64,000 nt of DNA from an uncultured Acidimicrobiia bacterium (GTDB lineage: Bacteria > Actinomycetota > Acidimicrobiia > Acidimicrobiales > AC-14), in NCBI GenBank assembly GCA_963836205.1, contig CAWIIV010000008.1:128001-192000 (forward strand). The letters are read 5' to 3'. This document shows, piece after piece, positions 51,751-61,502 of this stretch. Made by a program: the position numbers and the translations under genes. The notes below the pieces were generated by a model, which saw only the letters and a program-made list of their open reading frames with translations, was not told the DNA's origin and ran no database searches. Positions within the stretch are counted from its first letter, which is position 1. Every line of letters starts with the position of its first letter.

Positions 51751-52308
51751 TTGGCTGCCATCGACGTGGCCGGATACGTAGCGGAGCTCAAGGACCACGC
51801 CGTCGACCACGGCTTCCATGTCCACGACGAGCGCCACTTCGTGGAGACGTACTCCCTGCGCCAGGTGTGGGAGGTCGACCTCCACCCGGAGGAGGGCTGC
51901 GGTGGCCCCCTCGACCTCCACCTTGCGCTGGAAGTGGAGCCGCGGGTGCTCCTCGCCTTCGAGGACGTGGTGTCGAACCTGCCCGACGACGAGGACCCGG
52001 CCGACGACTTCCAGTTCCCCCTCATCTTCACGTGGGCCCTGCCGCCGCTGCCCAAGGGCCCCGACCTGCTCCTGTTGGCCACCGAGTTGGCCGGCGTGGG
52101 CGGGCCCGACCTGCCCCTCGAGGTGTCGGCCATCGACTCGTTCGCCTCGGTCACCGACGCCCCCGAGCGCAGCCTCACCATCGTCGCCCGCCAGCAGGTG
52201 TCGCTGGCCAAGGTCCTGGCCGGCGAGGAGCTGCTGTGCGACATGCTCGACCGCTGCCTGGCCGTCAGCCGCTTCCTGCTCGACCAGGCGCCGGCGTGGG
52301 GCGTCTGA
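51751..52308 (+). CDS. Hypothetical protein
   Basis: TTG start after GGAGGAGG; strong GC3 bias. Confidence 0.7.
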   Translation: MAAIDVAGYVAELKDHAVDHGFHVHDERHFVETYSLRQVWEVDLHPEEGCGGPLDLHLALEVEPRVLLAFEDVVSNLPDDEDPADDFQFPLIFTWALPPLPKGPDLLLLATELAGVGGPDLPLEVSAIDSFASVTDAPERSLTIVARQQVSLAKVLAGEELLCDMLDRCLAVSRFLLDQAPAWGV

Positions 52309-52318
52309 CGCAAAACCC

Positions 52319-52347
52319 TTGACAGAAGGGGAGCCCGGGCTTATATT
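52319..52347 (+). promoter_or_regulatory. Near-consensus sigma-A promoter
   Basis: TTGACA-N17-TATATT. Confidence 0.8.
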
Positions 52348-52352
52348 TGTCT

Positions 52353-52437
52353 TCCGGAGTCCCAAGGGGGCACCCGAAGCGGAAGGACCCTCGGGTCCAG
52401 AAGCGGAGGAAACTTCCTTGGGGCTCCTCTTTTTTTT
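52353..52437 (+). ncRNA. Candidate ~85-nt structured small RNA
   Basis: Follows the promoter; 14-bp closing stem GGAGTCCCAAGGGG/TTCCTTGGGGCTCC; inner hairpin GGACC-CTCG-GGTCC; ends in a T8 run. Confidence 0.55.
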
Positions 52438-52456
52438 GCCCTATTGTCGGGTTCTG

Positions 52457-52539
52457 GCCCGGATGGCGGAACGGTAGACGCGATGGTCTCAAACACCATT
52501 GTCCGAAAGGGCGTGCGGGTTCGAGTCCCGCTCCGGGCA
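52457..52539 (+). tRNA. tRNA-Leu(CAA)
   Basis: GCCCGGATGGCGGAACGG...ATGGT-CTCAAAC-ACCAT; long variable arm; GGTTCGAGTCCCGCTCCGGGCA. Confidence 0.95.
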
Positions 52540-52665
52540 CGGCCGTTCGGCGGCATACACGCTGGCAGCGTCCTCTAGGGCCTCTGCGTGAGATGCATTG
52601 AGGTGTCCTTCGTGGTCACGAGTTGGTCACAGATCGCCGGACGGGGGTTCGGCAGCGTCCTGCGG

Positions 52666-52713
52666 GTCGACGGCAATGTGTGAGTCGACGGCAATGTGAG
52701 TCGACGGCAATGT
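52666..52713. repeat. Three copies of GTCGACGGCAATGT
   Basis: Copies at 52666, 52684 and 52700. Confidence 0.85.
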
Positions 52714-52759
52714 CGTGCAGCAAAGTCTTGAGGTGATCTCCCGCCAGGACCGGCCCGCA

Positions 52760-52885
52760 AGAATTGAGATGCCGGGTGTAGCAGTCGACCGTGGAAGGTG
52801 CCCGCCCCGAGGTGGACAGCCCGGCCGTCCAGCCGTCAAGGTAGGCGGCCGGGGTGAGGCGGCTCGGGTCGACATAGGTCTGGTC
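52760..52885 (-). pseudogene. Remnant of a tyrosine integrase N-terminal domain
   Basis: TYVDPSRLTPAAYLDGWTAGL...APSTVDCY resembles the integrase core-binding domain start; lies next to the tRNA. Confidence 0.5.
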
Positions 52886-52944
52886 CCGCGCGCTGATCCT
52901 GAGGCGGATCCGAGTAGAAGGAGGCGGCCGATGGATCTCGTCCT

Positions 52945-53214
52945 CTACAGGACGAGATCCAGGTACGACGGGCGGTCGATCCGGCACTCGACCATGTCGT
53001 AGACCTGCCTTCTGGTAACGCCGAGTTGCCGACCGATCGCAGAGACCAGCGAGTCGTCGATGTCGCGGGCGCCGCGGGACACCTGGGTATGTGCCACCCA
53101 CACACCGTCGATCTCGAGCTTGTACTTGTCGTGAGGCCCGCGGCCCGACCCGTCGCAGGTGAACCCGAACTTCCCCGTCAGTGCGGTGCGCAGGGCTCGG
53201 GCGGCGAGGGGCAC
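52945..53214 (-). CDS. HicA-like toxin
   Basis: 89 aa; KFGF...GRGPH...TQVSRG...IGRQLGV fits the HicA pattern. Confidence 0.65.
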   Translation of the reverse strand: MPLAARALRTALTGKFGFTCDGSGRGPHDKYKLEIDGVWVAHTQVSRGARDIDDSLVSAIGRQLGVTRRQVYDMVECRIDRPSYLDLVL

Positions 53215-53643
53215 CTATCCGAAGACGAGCCTAAGAAACGCCAGCTGACGTTGCATCCGTGGGTGCAGCCGTTCCTGGTGGAGGCGCAGCTCGTCATAGT
53301 GCTCCCGCGCTGCCTGGCGCCAGTGCTCCATCGCTTCGCCAAATGACTGGCCGACGCCGTAGGCCCCTCCCTCTGGGTCCGAAACGACGACGGTTCCCTC
53401 CTCGCCCAGCCGCACGGTCAACCGCTGGAACGCCTCAGCTGAGGAGCCGACCGCGGGAGCGCCTACGTGCACGACCAGCGTCGTTCCGCCGACCTGCGTC
53501 TGTGCCGGTGGCTCCCAAGAGTTGAGATCGTCCCATTCAAGCTCGAGGCTTGGCCTTTGGCCTGGGTCGACGTCGCTGTTCGTTGGGTCGGTTGTGCGCC
53601 CCGGTTGAGGGAAGGCGAACCGCTCCATCGTCATGTCACTCAC
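53215..53643 (-). CDS. HicB-like antitoxin with N-terminal extension
   Basis: C-terminal VVSDPEGGAYGVGQSFGEAMEHW matches the HicB partial RNase H fold pattern; no DNA-binding domain apparent. Confidence 0.6.
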   Translation of the reverse strand: MSDMTMERFAFPQPGRTTDPTNSDVDPGQRPSLELEWDDLNSWEPPAQTQVGGTTLVVHVGAPAVGSSAEAFQRLTVRLGEEGTVVVSDPEGGAYGVGQSFGEAMEHWRQAAREHYDELRLHQERLHPRMQRQLAFLRLVFG

Positions 53644-53972
53644 TCGCTCATCCCTCCTGGTCCTCTCAGGTCAAGCCCTGGCGGGCCGAACTGCCTCAGA
53701 TATTCACCAAACTGCGCCTGCAACAGGCTGATCAAGGCGTGCATCAAGGTCGCCGGAACAACAACATGAGCCACGGCCTGCGGGTGGATCTCGACTACCC
53801 CCCCTTCGACATCCTCGGGTGACACCTGAAGCGGCGACAGGAAGAGGCTGAACATCAGGCGGAAGTCGTGGGGAGTGAAGTTAATGTTGGCGGCGTTCGC
53901 GTAGACCGGCCGCAGGTAGTCCGGCTCGATCGGAGGTCCGACCGAAACGTTGAGGCCTGCCTGTTCCGACAC
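53640..53972 (-). CDS. DUF3467-like protein
   Basis: PVYANAANINFTPHDFRLMF...VAHVVV...LISLL...YLRQFG; GGAG RBS. Confidence 0.7.
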   Translation of the reverse strand: MSEQAGLNVSVGPPIEPDYLRPVYANAANINFTPHDFRLMFSLFLSPLQVSPEDVEGGVVEIHPQAVAHVVVPATLMHALISLLQAQFGEYLRQFGPPGLDLRGPGGMSE

Positions 53973-54080
53973 CGCTTCTCCTCCGCCCTGGGCGTTACAC
54001 GCTTGTGATTTGGTGCACAAATAATGGTACTAGTCATGCCGCCGGAAGGAAGGACCAGCATCCAAGCGTTCCTCTCCCTG

Positions 54081-54131
54081 GGGCCAAACACAGTGTCGGT
54101 CATGTCCGGGCCAAAGACAGTGTCGGTCATG
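54081..54131. repeat. Direct repeat with 27-bp period, two copies
   Basis: GGGCCAAASACAGTGTCGGTCATG at 54081 and 54108. Confidence 0.85.
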
Positions 54132-54479
54132 ACGAGTCCCGTCGAGCGCCCACAGGCGTCGTCGCTGGTCACACCGTGGTCACGGAATGCCCGCCACTCG
54201 ACAACACCAGACACCATGCCCGTTGTGGCGCCAACCCGAAAGGGCTGTCCAGAGCGGTCGTCTCGACCCCTGGCATCATCCGATGAACAAGGCCTGCGGG
54301 AGTTCGAGTCCCGCTCCGGGCACGGCCGTCACCCACGACGCTCAGGGTGCACGGAACGAACCGTGCGCCGAGATGGCCGTGATCCGGCCCGAGATCGCCG
54401 CCGACACGACGATTCGAGCGATCTGAAGGGCGACCGACGTTACGTGCGCCGGAATCGTCGTGGGCGGTGGGGGGCGGCG

Positions 54480-54938
<459 letters not shown>

Positions 54939-54973
54939 CGGGCGACCCTACCCGTGGCCGGGAGGGCCCCCGG

Positions 54974-55816
54974 TCAGAGGCCCAGGGGCAGGCGCCGGCC
55001 GTTGAAGGTGGTCGTGCCCAGGGCCAGCTGCACGCCGGCGAAGGCGGGGACCTTGGCCTTCAGGTAGTCGAGCTCCCGGCGGATGTCGCCGACCCCGTTG
55101 GTGACGCCACCGGGGATGGCGATGTTGAGCGTGCTCAGAACGCCCAGGGCCTTGCCGGTGGAGTCGAGGAACGCGCTCCCCGAGTCGCCCGGGATGCCCG
55201 GCGTGAGGGTGGACACGCTGTGTGTCCATCCGCCGCCGCCGTCGCCCATGCTGAACCCGAGCTTGGGGCTGAGCAGGGTGATGCCCAGGCGCAGGCTGGA
55301 GTTGCCGTAGCTGTAGACCTTCTGCAGGGTGGTCGTGCCGGCCGAGTTGACCCCGTTGGGGCCACCCCAATGGGGGATGGACGGGTTGACCTTGGCCGCG
55401 TCGGCGGGGTCGATCTTCACCAGAGCCAGGTCGTTGTACTTGCAGGTGTCGGGATCGGTCTCGTTGAGCGCCTGCATGGTGAGCCAGGAGTTGTAGACGA
55501 GCGTGCCCGGCTTCGACGCCCCTCCCACGGTGACGGCGGTGCCGAGCGGCAGGGAACCGGCGATGCACCCGTTGGTGTCGGTCTGGCCACCGGTGGTGGA
55601 GCAGTGGGCGGCCTGCCCGATGTACACCGTGGGACCGTCGTAGAAGACGAAGTTCGACGTGCACTGGCCGCCGGCAGTCGTGGTCTGCACGCCGGGATGG
55701 ATGGGCGCGGTGGCCGCCGGCGCCCACGTGGGTGCAGCCGTGGCCGTGCCGGCCGGGATCAGGGCCAGGGACGAGAGCAGGGCCGCGACCGGTACACAAC
55801 GCCGAAAGATTCGCAT
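54974..55816 (-). CDS. Secreted trypsin-like serine protease
   Basis: Signal peptide; QAAHC, NDLALV, PGDSGS triad. Confidence 0.85.
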   Translation of the reverse strand: MRIFRRCVPVAALLSSLALIPAGTATAAPTWAPAATAPIHPGVQTTTAGGQCTSNFVFYDGPTVYIGQAAHCSTTGGQTDTNGCIAGSLPLGTAVTVGGASKPGTLVYNSWLTMQALNETDPDTCKYNDLALVKIDPADAAKVNPSIPHWGGPNGVNSAGTTTLQKVYSYGNSSLRLGITLLSPKLGFSMGDGGGGWTHSVSTLTPGIPGDSGSAFLDSTGKALGVLSTLNIAIPGGVTNGVGDIRRELDYLKAKVPAFAGVQLALGTTTFNGRRLPLGL

Positions 55817-55869
55817 CGGCTCAGGATGCCAGGGCCTCTCCGAGTTGGGGTGGCAGGGAGCAGGTATTT

Positions 55870-56688
55870 CTACGGCTGTGGATCGAGAGGCGGCGGTTCG
55901 ACGGGCGCGGGCGCGGGCGCAGCGGCCAGCGAGTGGAACCCGCCGTCGACGTGGATCATCTCGCCGGTGGTGGCCGGGAACCAGTCCGACAGGAGGGCGA
56001 CGCACGCCTTGGCCACCGGGATCGCGTCACGGGTGTCCCAGCCGAGGGGGGCTCGGCCGCCCCAGGTGTCCTCGATCTGGGCGAACCCGGTGATGCCTTT
56101 GGCCGCGATCGTGCGCAGGGGGCCGGCCGAGACGAGGTTGACCCGCACCCGGTCGCGGCCGAGGTCGCGGGCCAGGTAGCGCGACGTGGCCTCAAGAGCG
56201 GCCTTGGCCACGCCCATCCAGTCGTACGCCGGCCACGCGTAGCGGGCGTCGAAGGTGAGGCCGACGATCGACCCCCCGCCGGCCGCCCGCATCAGAGGCA
56301 GGACGGCGCCGGCCAGGGCCTTGAGGGAGTAGGCCGAGACGTGCAGGGCCGTGCTCACGTCGGCCCATTCCGGCTGCATGAAGTCGCCGCCCAGGCAGTT
56401 GGCGGGGGCGAAGGCGACCGCGTGGAGCACCCCGTCGACCCGTCCCCACCGGTTGCTGAGCTCCTCGGTGAGGAAGAGCAGATGGGCGGGGTCGGTGACG
56501 TCGACCTCGAGCACGTCGGGCTCCACCGGCAGCCGGCGGGCGGTGCGCTTGGTGAGGCTCATCCCCCGTCCGAAACCGGTGAGCACGATCTCGGCCCCCT
56601 GCTCCTGGGCCACCGCCGCCACCGCGTAGGCGATGGAGGATTCGTGCAGGACCCCCGTGACCAGCACCTTCTTGCCTTCGAGCAGCAT
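55870..56688 (-). CDS. fabI: Enoyl-ACP reductase
   Basis: SSIAYAVA, AWPAYDWMGVAKAALE, SAGPLRT (InhA-like). Confidence 0.93.
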   Translation of the reverse strand: MLLEGKKVLVTGVLHESSIAYAVAAVAQEQGAEIVLTGFGRGMSLTKRTARRLPVEPDVLEVDVTDPAHLLFLTEELSNRWGRVDGVLHAVAFAPANCLGGDFMQPEWADVSTALHVSAYSLKALAGAVLPLMRAAGGGSIVGLTFDARYAWPAYDWMGVAKAALEATSRYLARDLGRDRVRVNLVSAGPLRTIAAKGITGFAQIEDTWGGRAPLGWDTRDAIPVAKACVALLSDWFPATTGEMIHVDGGFHSLAAAPAPAPVEPPPLDPQP

Positions 56689-56698
56689 CAACCCCGCA

Positions 56699-58072
56699 TC
56701 ATAGGGGTGGGTTGGAGTGCTTCAGGCCGGCGGGGGACGGCACCCGCTTGGACCGCAGGGCGGCCAGGCCGGCGACGAGGAGGCGGCGGGTGTCGGTGGG
56801 GTCGATGACCTCGTCGACGAAGCCCCGCTCGGCCGCCACCTGCGGCGTGCAGAACCGGGACGCGTACTCGGCCTCCAGCTGGTTCGCGGCGCCGGCCCGG
56901 TCGGCGGGGTCGTCGAAGGCGTCGAGGCGGCGGCGGTGGAGGATCTGGACCGCGCCGGGGGCACCCATCACCGCGATCTCGGCCGTCGGCCAGGCCAGGA
57001 CCAGGTCGCTGCCCAGGCCCCGTGAGTCCATGACGATGTAGGCGCCGCCGTAGGCCTTGCGCAACACCACGCAGATGCGGGGGACCGACGCCGCCGAGTA
57101 CGCCGCCACCAGCTGGGCCCCGTAGCGGATGATGCCCTGCCACTCGATGTCCTTGCCCGGCTGGAACCCGGAGCTGTCGACGAAGGTGACGAGGGGGATC
57201 CCGAACGCGTCGCAGCACTGGACGAAGCGGGCCGCCTTCGTCGAAGCGTCGATGTCGAGGGTGCCGGCCCGGTAGCTGGGCTGGTTGGCGATCACGCCCA
57301 CGGGCGCCCCCGCCAACCGTCCGTAGCCGGTGACCACGTTGGGCGCCGCCCCCGCCCGCACTTCGAGGAACGAGTCGCGGTCGACGACGTCGCCGATCAC
57401 GGTGCGCACGTCGTAGGAGGCGGTGGCCCGATCGGGGACGGTGGTGGCCGCCACCCGGCAGGGCCGGTCGACGGGATCGTCGCAGGCCACGACGGGTGCG
57501 TCCTCCCGCCAATTCGAGGGCAGGTACGACAGCAGGTCGCCCACGGCCCACGCCGCCTCCGCCTCGTCGGCCACGACCAGGGACGCCAACCCGCTGCGGC
57601 GGGCGTGGACGTCGGCCCCGCCCAGCTCGGCGCTGGTGGTGGGAAGCCCGGTGAACTCCAGCACCGATGCCGGACCGCTCACGTAGGCGTAGGCGTCGGC
57701 GGTCATCACCACGTGGTCGGCGATGCCCAACATGAGGGCAGGACCGGCCAGGCACGGCCCGAGCACGGAGAAGACGATGGGCACCGTCCCCGACGCCTCG
57801 CTCAGGGCCCGGGCCACCCGGCCCCAGGCATGGAGGGATGCCAGTCCCTCCCGGACGTCGGCGCCCGACGTCGACAGCTCCCCCACCACCGGCACCCCAA
57901 CGTCGAGGGCCATGCGGATGAGGCGCTCGACGACCTGCCCCTCGACGGGACCGATCGCCCCCCGGTGCGGCCCCCCGGCCAACCGGAACCAGGCCACCCG
58001 GCGCCCGTCGAGCTCGGTGAGCGAGGCCTGGACGGCTCCGCCCCGGCGGGCCGCGACCGGCACCGCGGTCAT
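56699..58072 (-). CDS. Acyl-CoA carboxyltransferase subunit, N-terminally short
   Basis: LGGADVH, GVIANQP, KAARFVQCCDAF, RKAYGGAY, AVMGAPGAV, KHSNPPL. Confidence 0.9.
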   Translation of the reverse strand: MTAVPVAARRGGAVQASLTELDGRRVAWFRLAGGPHRGAIGPVEGQVVERLIRMALDVGVPVVGELSTSGADVREGLASLHAWGRVARALSEASGTVPIVFSVLGPCLAGPALMLGIADHVVMTADAYAYVSGPASVLEFTGLPTTSAELGGADVHARRSGLASLVVADEAEAAWAVGDLLSYLPSNWREDAPVVACDDPVDRPCRVAATTVPDRATASYDVRTVIGDVVDRDSFLEVRAGAAPNVVTGYGRLAGAPVGVIANQPSYRAGTLDIDASTKAARFVQCCDAFGIPLVTFVDSSGFQPGKDIEWQGIIRYGAQLVAAYSAASVPRICVVLRKAYGGAYIVMDSRGLGSDLVLAWPTAEIAVMGAPGAVQILHRRRLDAFDDPADRAGAANQLEAEYASRFCTPQVAAERGFVDEVIDPTDTRRLLVAGLAALRSKRVPSPAGLKHSNPPL

Positions 58073-58082
58073 TCGGCCGTGC

Positions 58083-59321
58083 TCACTCAGGGGGGGCGAG
58101 CACCAGGCTGGCGTTGTGGCCGCCGAACCCGAACGAGTTCGAGATGACGGGTGCGGCGGCGAGCTTCCGGGGCTCGCCGTGGACGACGTCGATGGCCAGC
58201 TCGTCCTCGGTGCGCTCGAAGTTGGCCGTGGGTGGGACCAGCCCGGCCCGCATGGCCAGGAACGAGGTGACCGCCTCCACCGCCCCGGCGGCGCCGATGA
58301 GGTGGCCGGTGGCGCCCTTGATCGACGTGACCGGCGGCCCGTCGTGGCCGAAGACCTTCACCATCGCCTCCGCCTCGGCCGCGTCGTTGAGCGGCGTGGA
58401 GGTGCCGTGGGCGTTGACGTGGCCGATGGCCGACGGGTCGAGACCGGCGTCGACCAGGGCCAGGCGCATGCACTCGGCCGCTCCGACTCCCCCGGGTGAG
58501 GGAGCGGTGATGTGGTAGGCGTCGGCGTTGCGGCCGTAGCCGGCGACCTCGCCGTAGATGCGGGCGCCCCGGGCCACGGCCCGGTCCCAGCGCTCGAGCA
58601 CCAGGAAGGCGGCACCCTCGCCGATGACGAAGCCGTCGCGGGCCACGTCGAAGGGTCGGGAGGCCAGCTCGGGGGCGTCGTGACGGCTGCTGAGGGCTCC
58701 CATGCGGGCGAAGGCGGCGATGGCGATGGGGGTCACCGCGGCCTCGCTGCCGCCCGCCAGCACCACGTCGGCCGAGCCCTCCCGGATCAGGCGAGCCCCC
58801 TCCCCCACCCCGTGGGAGCCGGCGGCGCAGGCGGTGGCGACGCAGAAGTTCGGCCCCGTCCAGCCCAGCTTCATGCCGATGAGGGCGGCGGTGGCGTTGG
58901 GCATCATCATGGGGACGAGCATGGGGCTGACCCGGGACGCCCCCTTGCTGAACAGGACCTGCTCCTGCGCCTCCTGGGTGATCAGCCCGCCCACGCCGGT
59001 GCCCGCCACCACGCCGCAGCGGGCGGGGTCGGCGCCCAGGTCGCCGGCGTCGGCCAGGGCGTCGGCCGCGGCTGCGAAGCCGAGCTGGGCCACCCGGTCG
59101 GACCGCTTCGCCTCCTTGTAGTCGAGGTAGGCCAGGGGGTCGAAGTCGGCCACTTCACCCGCGAACTGCACCGGCAGGCCGGAGGGATCGAAGCGGCGGA
59201 TGCGGGCCGCGCACGACTGCCCGGTGAGGAGGGTGGCCCAGAAGCTGTCGAGGTCGGAGCCGGCCGGCGACTTGACCCCCATGCCCACCACGGCCACGCG
59301 CGACCTCTCCACTCGGGTCAT
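58083..59321 (-). CDS. fabF: 3-oxoacyl-ACP synthase II
   Basis: TACAAG, NAHGTST, GHLIGAAG, NSFGFGGHN. Confidence 0.95.
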   Translation of the reverse strand: MTRVERSRVAVVGMGVKSPAGSDLDSFWATLLTGQSCAARIRRFDPSGLPVQFAGEVADFDPLAYLDYKEAKRSDRVAQLGFAAAADALADAGDLGADPARCGVVAGTGVGGLITQEAQEQVLFSKGASRVSPMLVPMMMPNATAALIGMKLGWTGPNFCVATACAAGSHGVGEGARLIREGSADVVLAGGSEAAVTPIAIAAFARMGALSSRHDAPELASRPFDVARDGFVIGEGAAFLVLERWDRAVARGARIYGEVAGYGRNADAYHITAPSPGGVGAAECMRLALVDAGLDPSAIGHVNAHGTSTPLNDAAEAEAMVKVFGHDGPPVTSIKGATGHLIGAAGAVEAVTSFLAMRAGLVPPTANFERTEDELAIDVVHGEPRKLAAAPVISNSFGFGGHNASLVLAPPE

Positions 59322-59662
59322 GCCGGGTTGGAGATCTCGACCGGCTCGGGGCTCTCGGCCGACACCGCGTCGGCCTCGGCAGCCGGTGCCGCGTCGTCGG
59401 CGGGCGCCGGCGTCTCGGTGGCCTCCGCGATCCCGATGACGAGGTCGATGGCCTCGCCCACGGTGGTGATGCCGTCGAGCTTGTCCTCGGGGACGGAGAT
59501 GGAGAAGCGCTCCTCCAGGGCCATCACGACCTCGACCAGGTCGAGGCTGTCGGCGTCGAGGTCCTCCTTGAACCGGGCGGTCTCGGACACGATGGCCGGG
59601 TCGGCCCCGAGCACGTCGACGGCCACCTCGGTGAGCTGCTCGAGGACTGTCGCGCGATCCAT
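59318..59662 (-). CDS. acpP: Acyl carrier protein with acidic Ala/Pro tail
   Basis: DLDADSLDLVE phosphopantetheine motif. Confidence 0.93.
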   Translation of the reverse strand: MDRATVLEQLTEVAVDVLGADPAIVSETARFKEDLDADSLDLVEVVMALEERFSISVPEDKLDGITTVGEAIDLVIGIAEATETPAPADDAAPAAEADAVSAESPEPVEISNPA

Positions 59663-59729
59663 GTTGTGAATTCCTCCTAGGCCTTCATCGATAAGGGCGA
59701 TACATCAGCGATCCGGTACGTCGGCGATC

Positions 59730-60473
59730 TCAGTGGCCCATGCCCATGCCGCCGTCGACCGGCACGACCGCGCCCGACACGTAACTGGCGGCGTCGGAAC
59801 ACAGAAATGCGGCAACGGCGGCGACTTCCTCGGGTGTGCCGAACCTGGCCAAGGGTACCTGGCCCGTCATCTGCGCCTTGCGCTCGTCGCTGAGGGCGTC
59901 GGTCATGGCCGTGGTGATGGGCCCGGGAGCGATCAGGTTGACGGTTATCCCCCGGGAGCCGAGCTCGCGGGCGACGGAGCGGGTGAGGCCGACCAGGCCG
60001 GCCTTGGCCGCCGCGTAGTTGGCCTGCCCGGGGGAGCCGGTGAGGGCGACCACCGATCCCACCAACACGATGCGTCCCCACCGGGCCCGGACCATGCCCG
60101 GGGTGGCCCGCCGCACGACGTGGAAGGCGCCGTCGAGGTTGGTGCGCAGGACCTCCGACCACTGCTCGTCGGACATCCGCATGACGAGGCCGTCGCGGTT
60201 GATGCCGGCGTTGGACACAACCACCTCGACCTTGCCCCACGCCTCCTCCACCTGGGAGAAGGCAGCGTCGACCGAATCGGGGCGGCTCACGTCGACCTGG
60301 ATCGGAAGCGCCTCCCCGCCCAGGCTCTCGATGGCCTGGCACGTCTCCGCTCCCGCGGCGGCGTCGGCACCGAAGCAGGCCGCCACCCGGTGGCCGTCGG
60401 CCGCCAGGGCCACTGCCACCGCCCGGCCGATCCCCCGGGACGCGCCCGTCACAAGGGCGATCCGCCCCCCCAT
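59730..60473 (-). CDS. fabG: 3-oxoacyl-ACP reductase
   Basis: TGASRGIG, NAGI, YAAAK, VDGG. Confidence 0.93.
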   Translation of the reverse strand: MGGRIALVTGASRGIGRAVAVALAADGHRVAACFGADAAAGAETCQAIESLGGEALPIQVDVSRPDSVDAAFSQVEEAWGKVEVVVSNAGINRDGLVMRMSDEQWSEVLRTNLDGAFHVVRRATPGMVRARWGRIVLVGSVVALTGSPGQANYAAAKAGLVGLTRSVARELGSRGITVNLIAPGPITTAMTDALSDERKAQMTGQVPLARFGTPEEVAAVAAFLCSDAASYVSGAVVPVDGGMGMGH

Positions 60474-61502
60474 CAGCGAGTCTGCCCCCACCGGAGGATG
60501 ACGCTGGCCCACGACATCCCGGCGCCGAACCCGGACATCAGGACCAGGTCGCCGTCGTGCAGCCGTCCGTCGTCGGCGGCCTCGGCCAACGCGATCGGCA
60601 CCGACGCGGCCGAGGTGTTGCCGTAGCGCTCGATGTTGACGAACACCCGCTCGGCCGGGAACCCCAGCCGCGACGCGGCGGCGTCGATGATGCGGAGGTT
60701 GGCCTGGTGGGGCACGAAGAGGGCGATGTCGGCGGCGGTGAGGCCGGCCGCGGCCAGGGTGATCTCGGCCGACTCGACGATCGCCCGCACCGCCTTGCGG
60801 TAGACCTCCTTGCCGTCCATCCGCAGCCACTGCTCGCCTGCGGCCAGGGTTTCGAGGGTGAGCGGCCGGCGGCTGCCGCCACCGGGGATCGACAGCAGGT
60901 GGGCGGTGGACCCGTCGCAGGCCAGGTCCCAGGCCAGGAGGTTGGGCTCGGAGTCGGGCACCAGCACGACCGCCCCCGCGCCGTCGCCGAAGAGCACGTT
61001 GGTGCTGCGGTCGGCGGGGTCGGCCACCCGGCTGAGGGTCTCGGCGCCGATCGACGAGGACCGGACCGAACCCGCCCGAGGCCACCAGGGAGGCCCCCAC
61101 CACCAGGCCGTAGACGAACCCGGAGCAGGCGGCGTCGATGTCGAACGCACCGCAGCGCAGGCCCAGACCGTCCTGCACGAAGGCGCCGGTGGGCGGGATG
61201 GGCTGCTCGGGGGTGCAGGTGGCGACGATGCAGCAGGCGATGTCGGCCGGGCACAGGTCGGCCGACTTGATGGCCGAGGCGCCGGCCTCGATGGCCAGGG
61301 TGGCCGTGCTCTCACCCTCGCCTGCCCACCGCCGCTCCTTGATGCCGGTGCGCTCGGTGATCCAGGCGTCGCTGGTGTCGACCATCTGGGCCAGATCGTC
61401 GTTGGTGACCCGACGTTCGGGGACCGCCTTCCCCCAGCCGGCGACCGCAACCCGTAGGCCTGCCGGAACCTGTGGGCCGGCCGGGTTGATGCCTGCCGGC
61501 AT
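60473..61502 (-). CDS. fabH: 3-oxoacyl-ACP synthase III, one extra base at ~61052
   Basis: RTGIKERR and AACSGF, then FGDGAGA, PHQAN, GNTSAAS in the second frame. Confidence 0.9.

Larger units (their letters stand above)
52519..54329. mobile_element. Integrase-less mini-island at tRNA-Leu (~1.8 kb)
   Basis: Exact 28-bp direct repeat GTTCGAGTCCCGCTCCGGGCACGGCCGT at 52519-52546 and 54302-54329; interior visibly lower in GC. Confidence 0.85.

Noticed and set aside
52353-52437. SRP RNA (ffs) or 6C RNA identity for the hairpin
   Set aside because: It lacks the SRP CAGG...GNRA...AGCAG motif and the paired C-rich loops of 6C, so it is kept as an unknown candidate.
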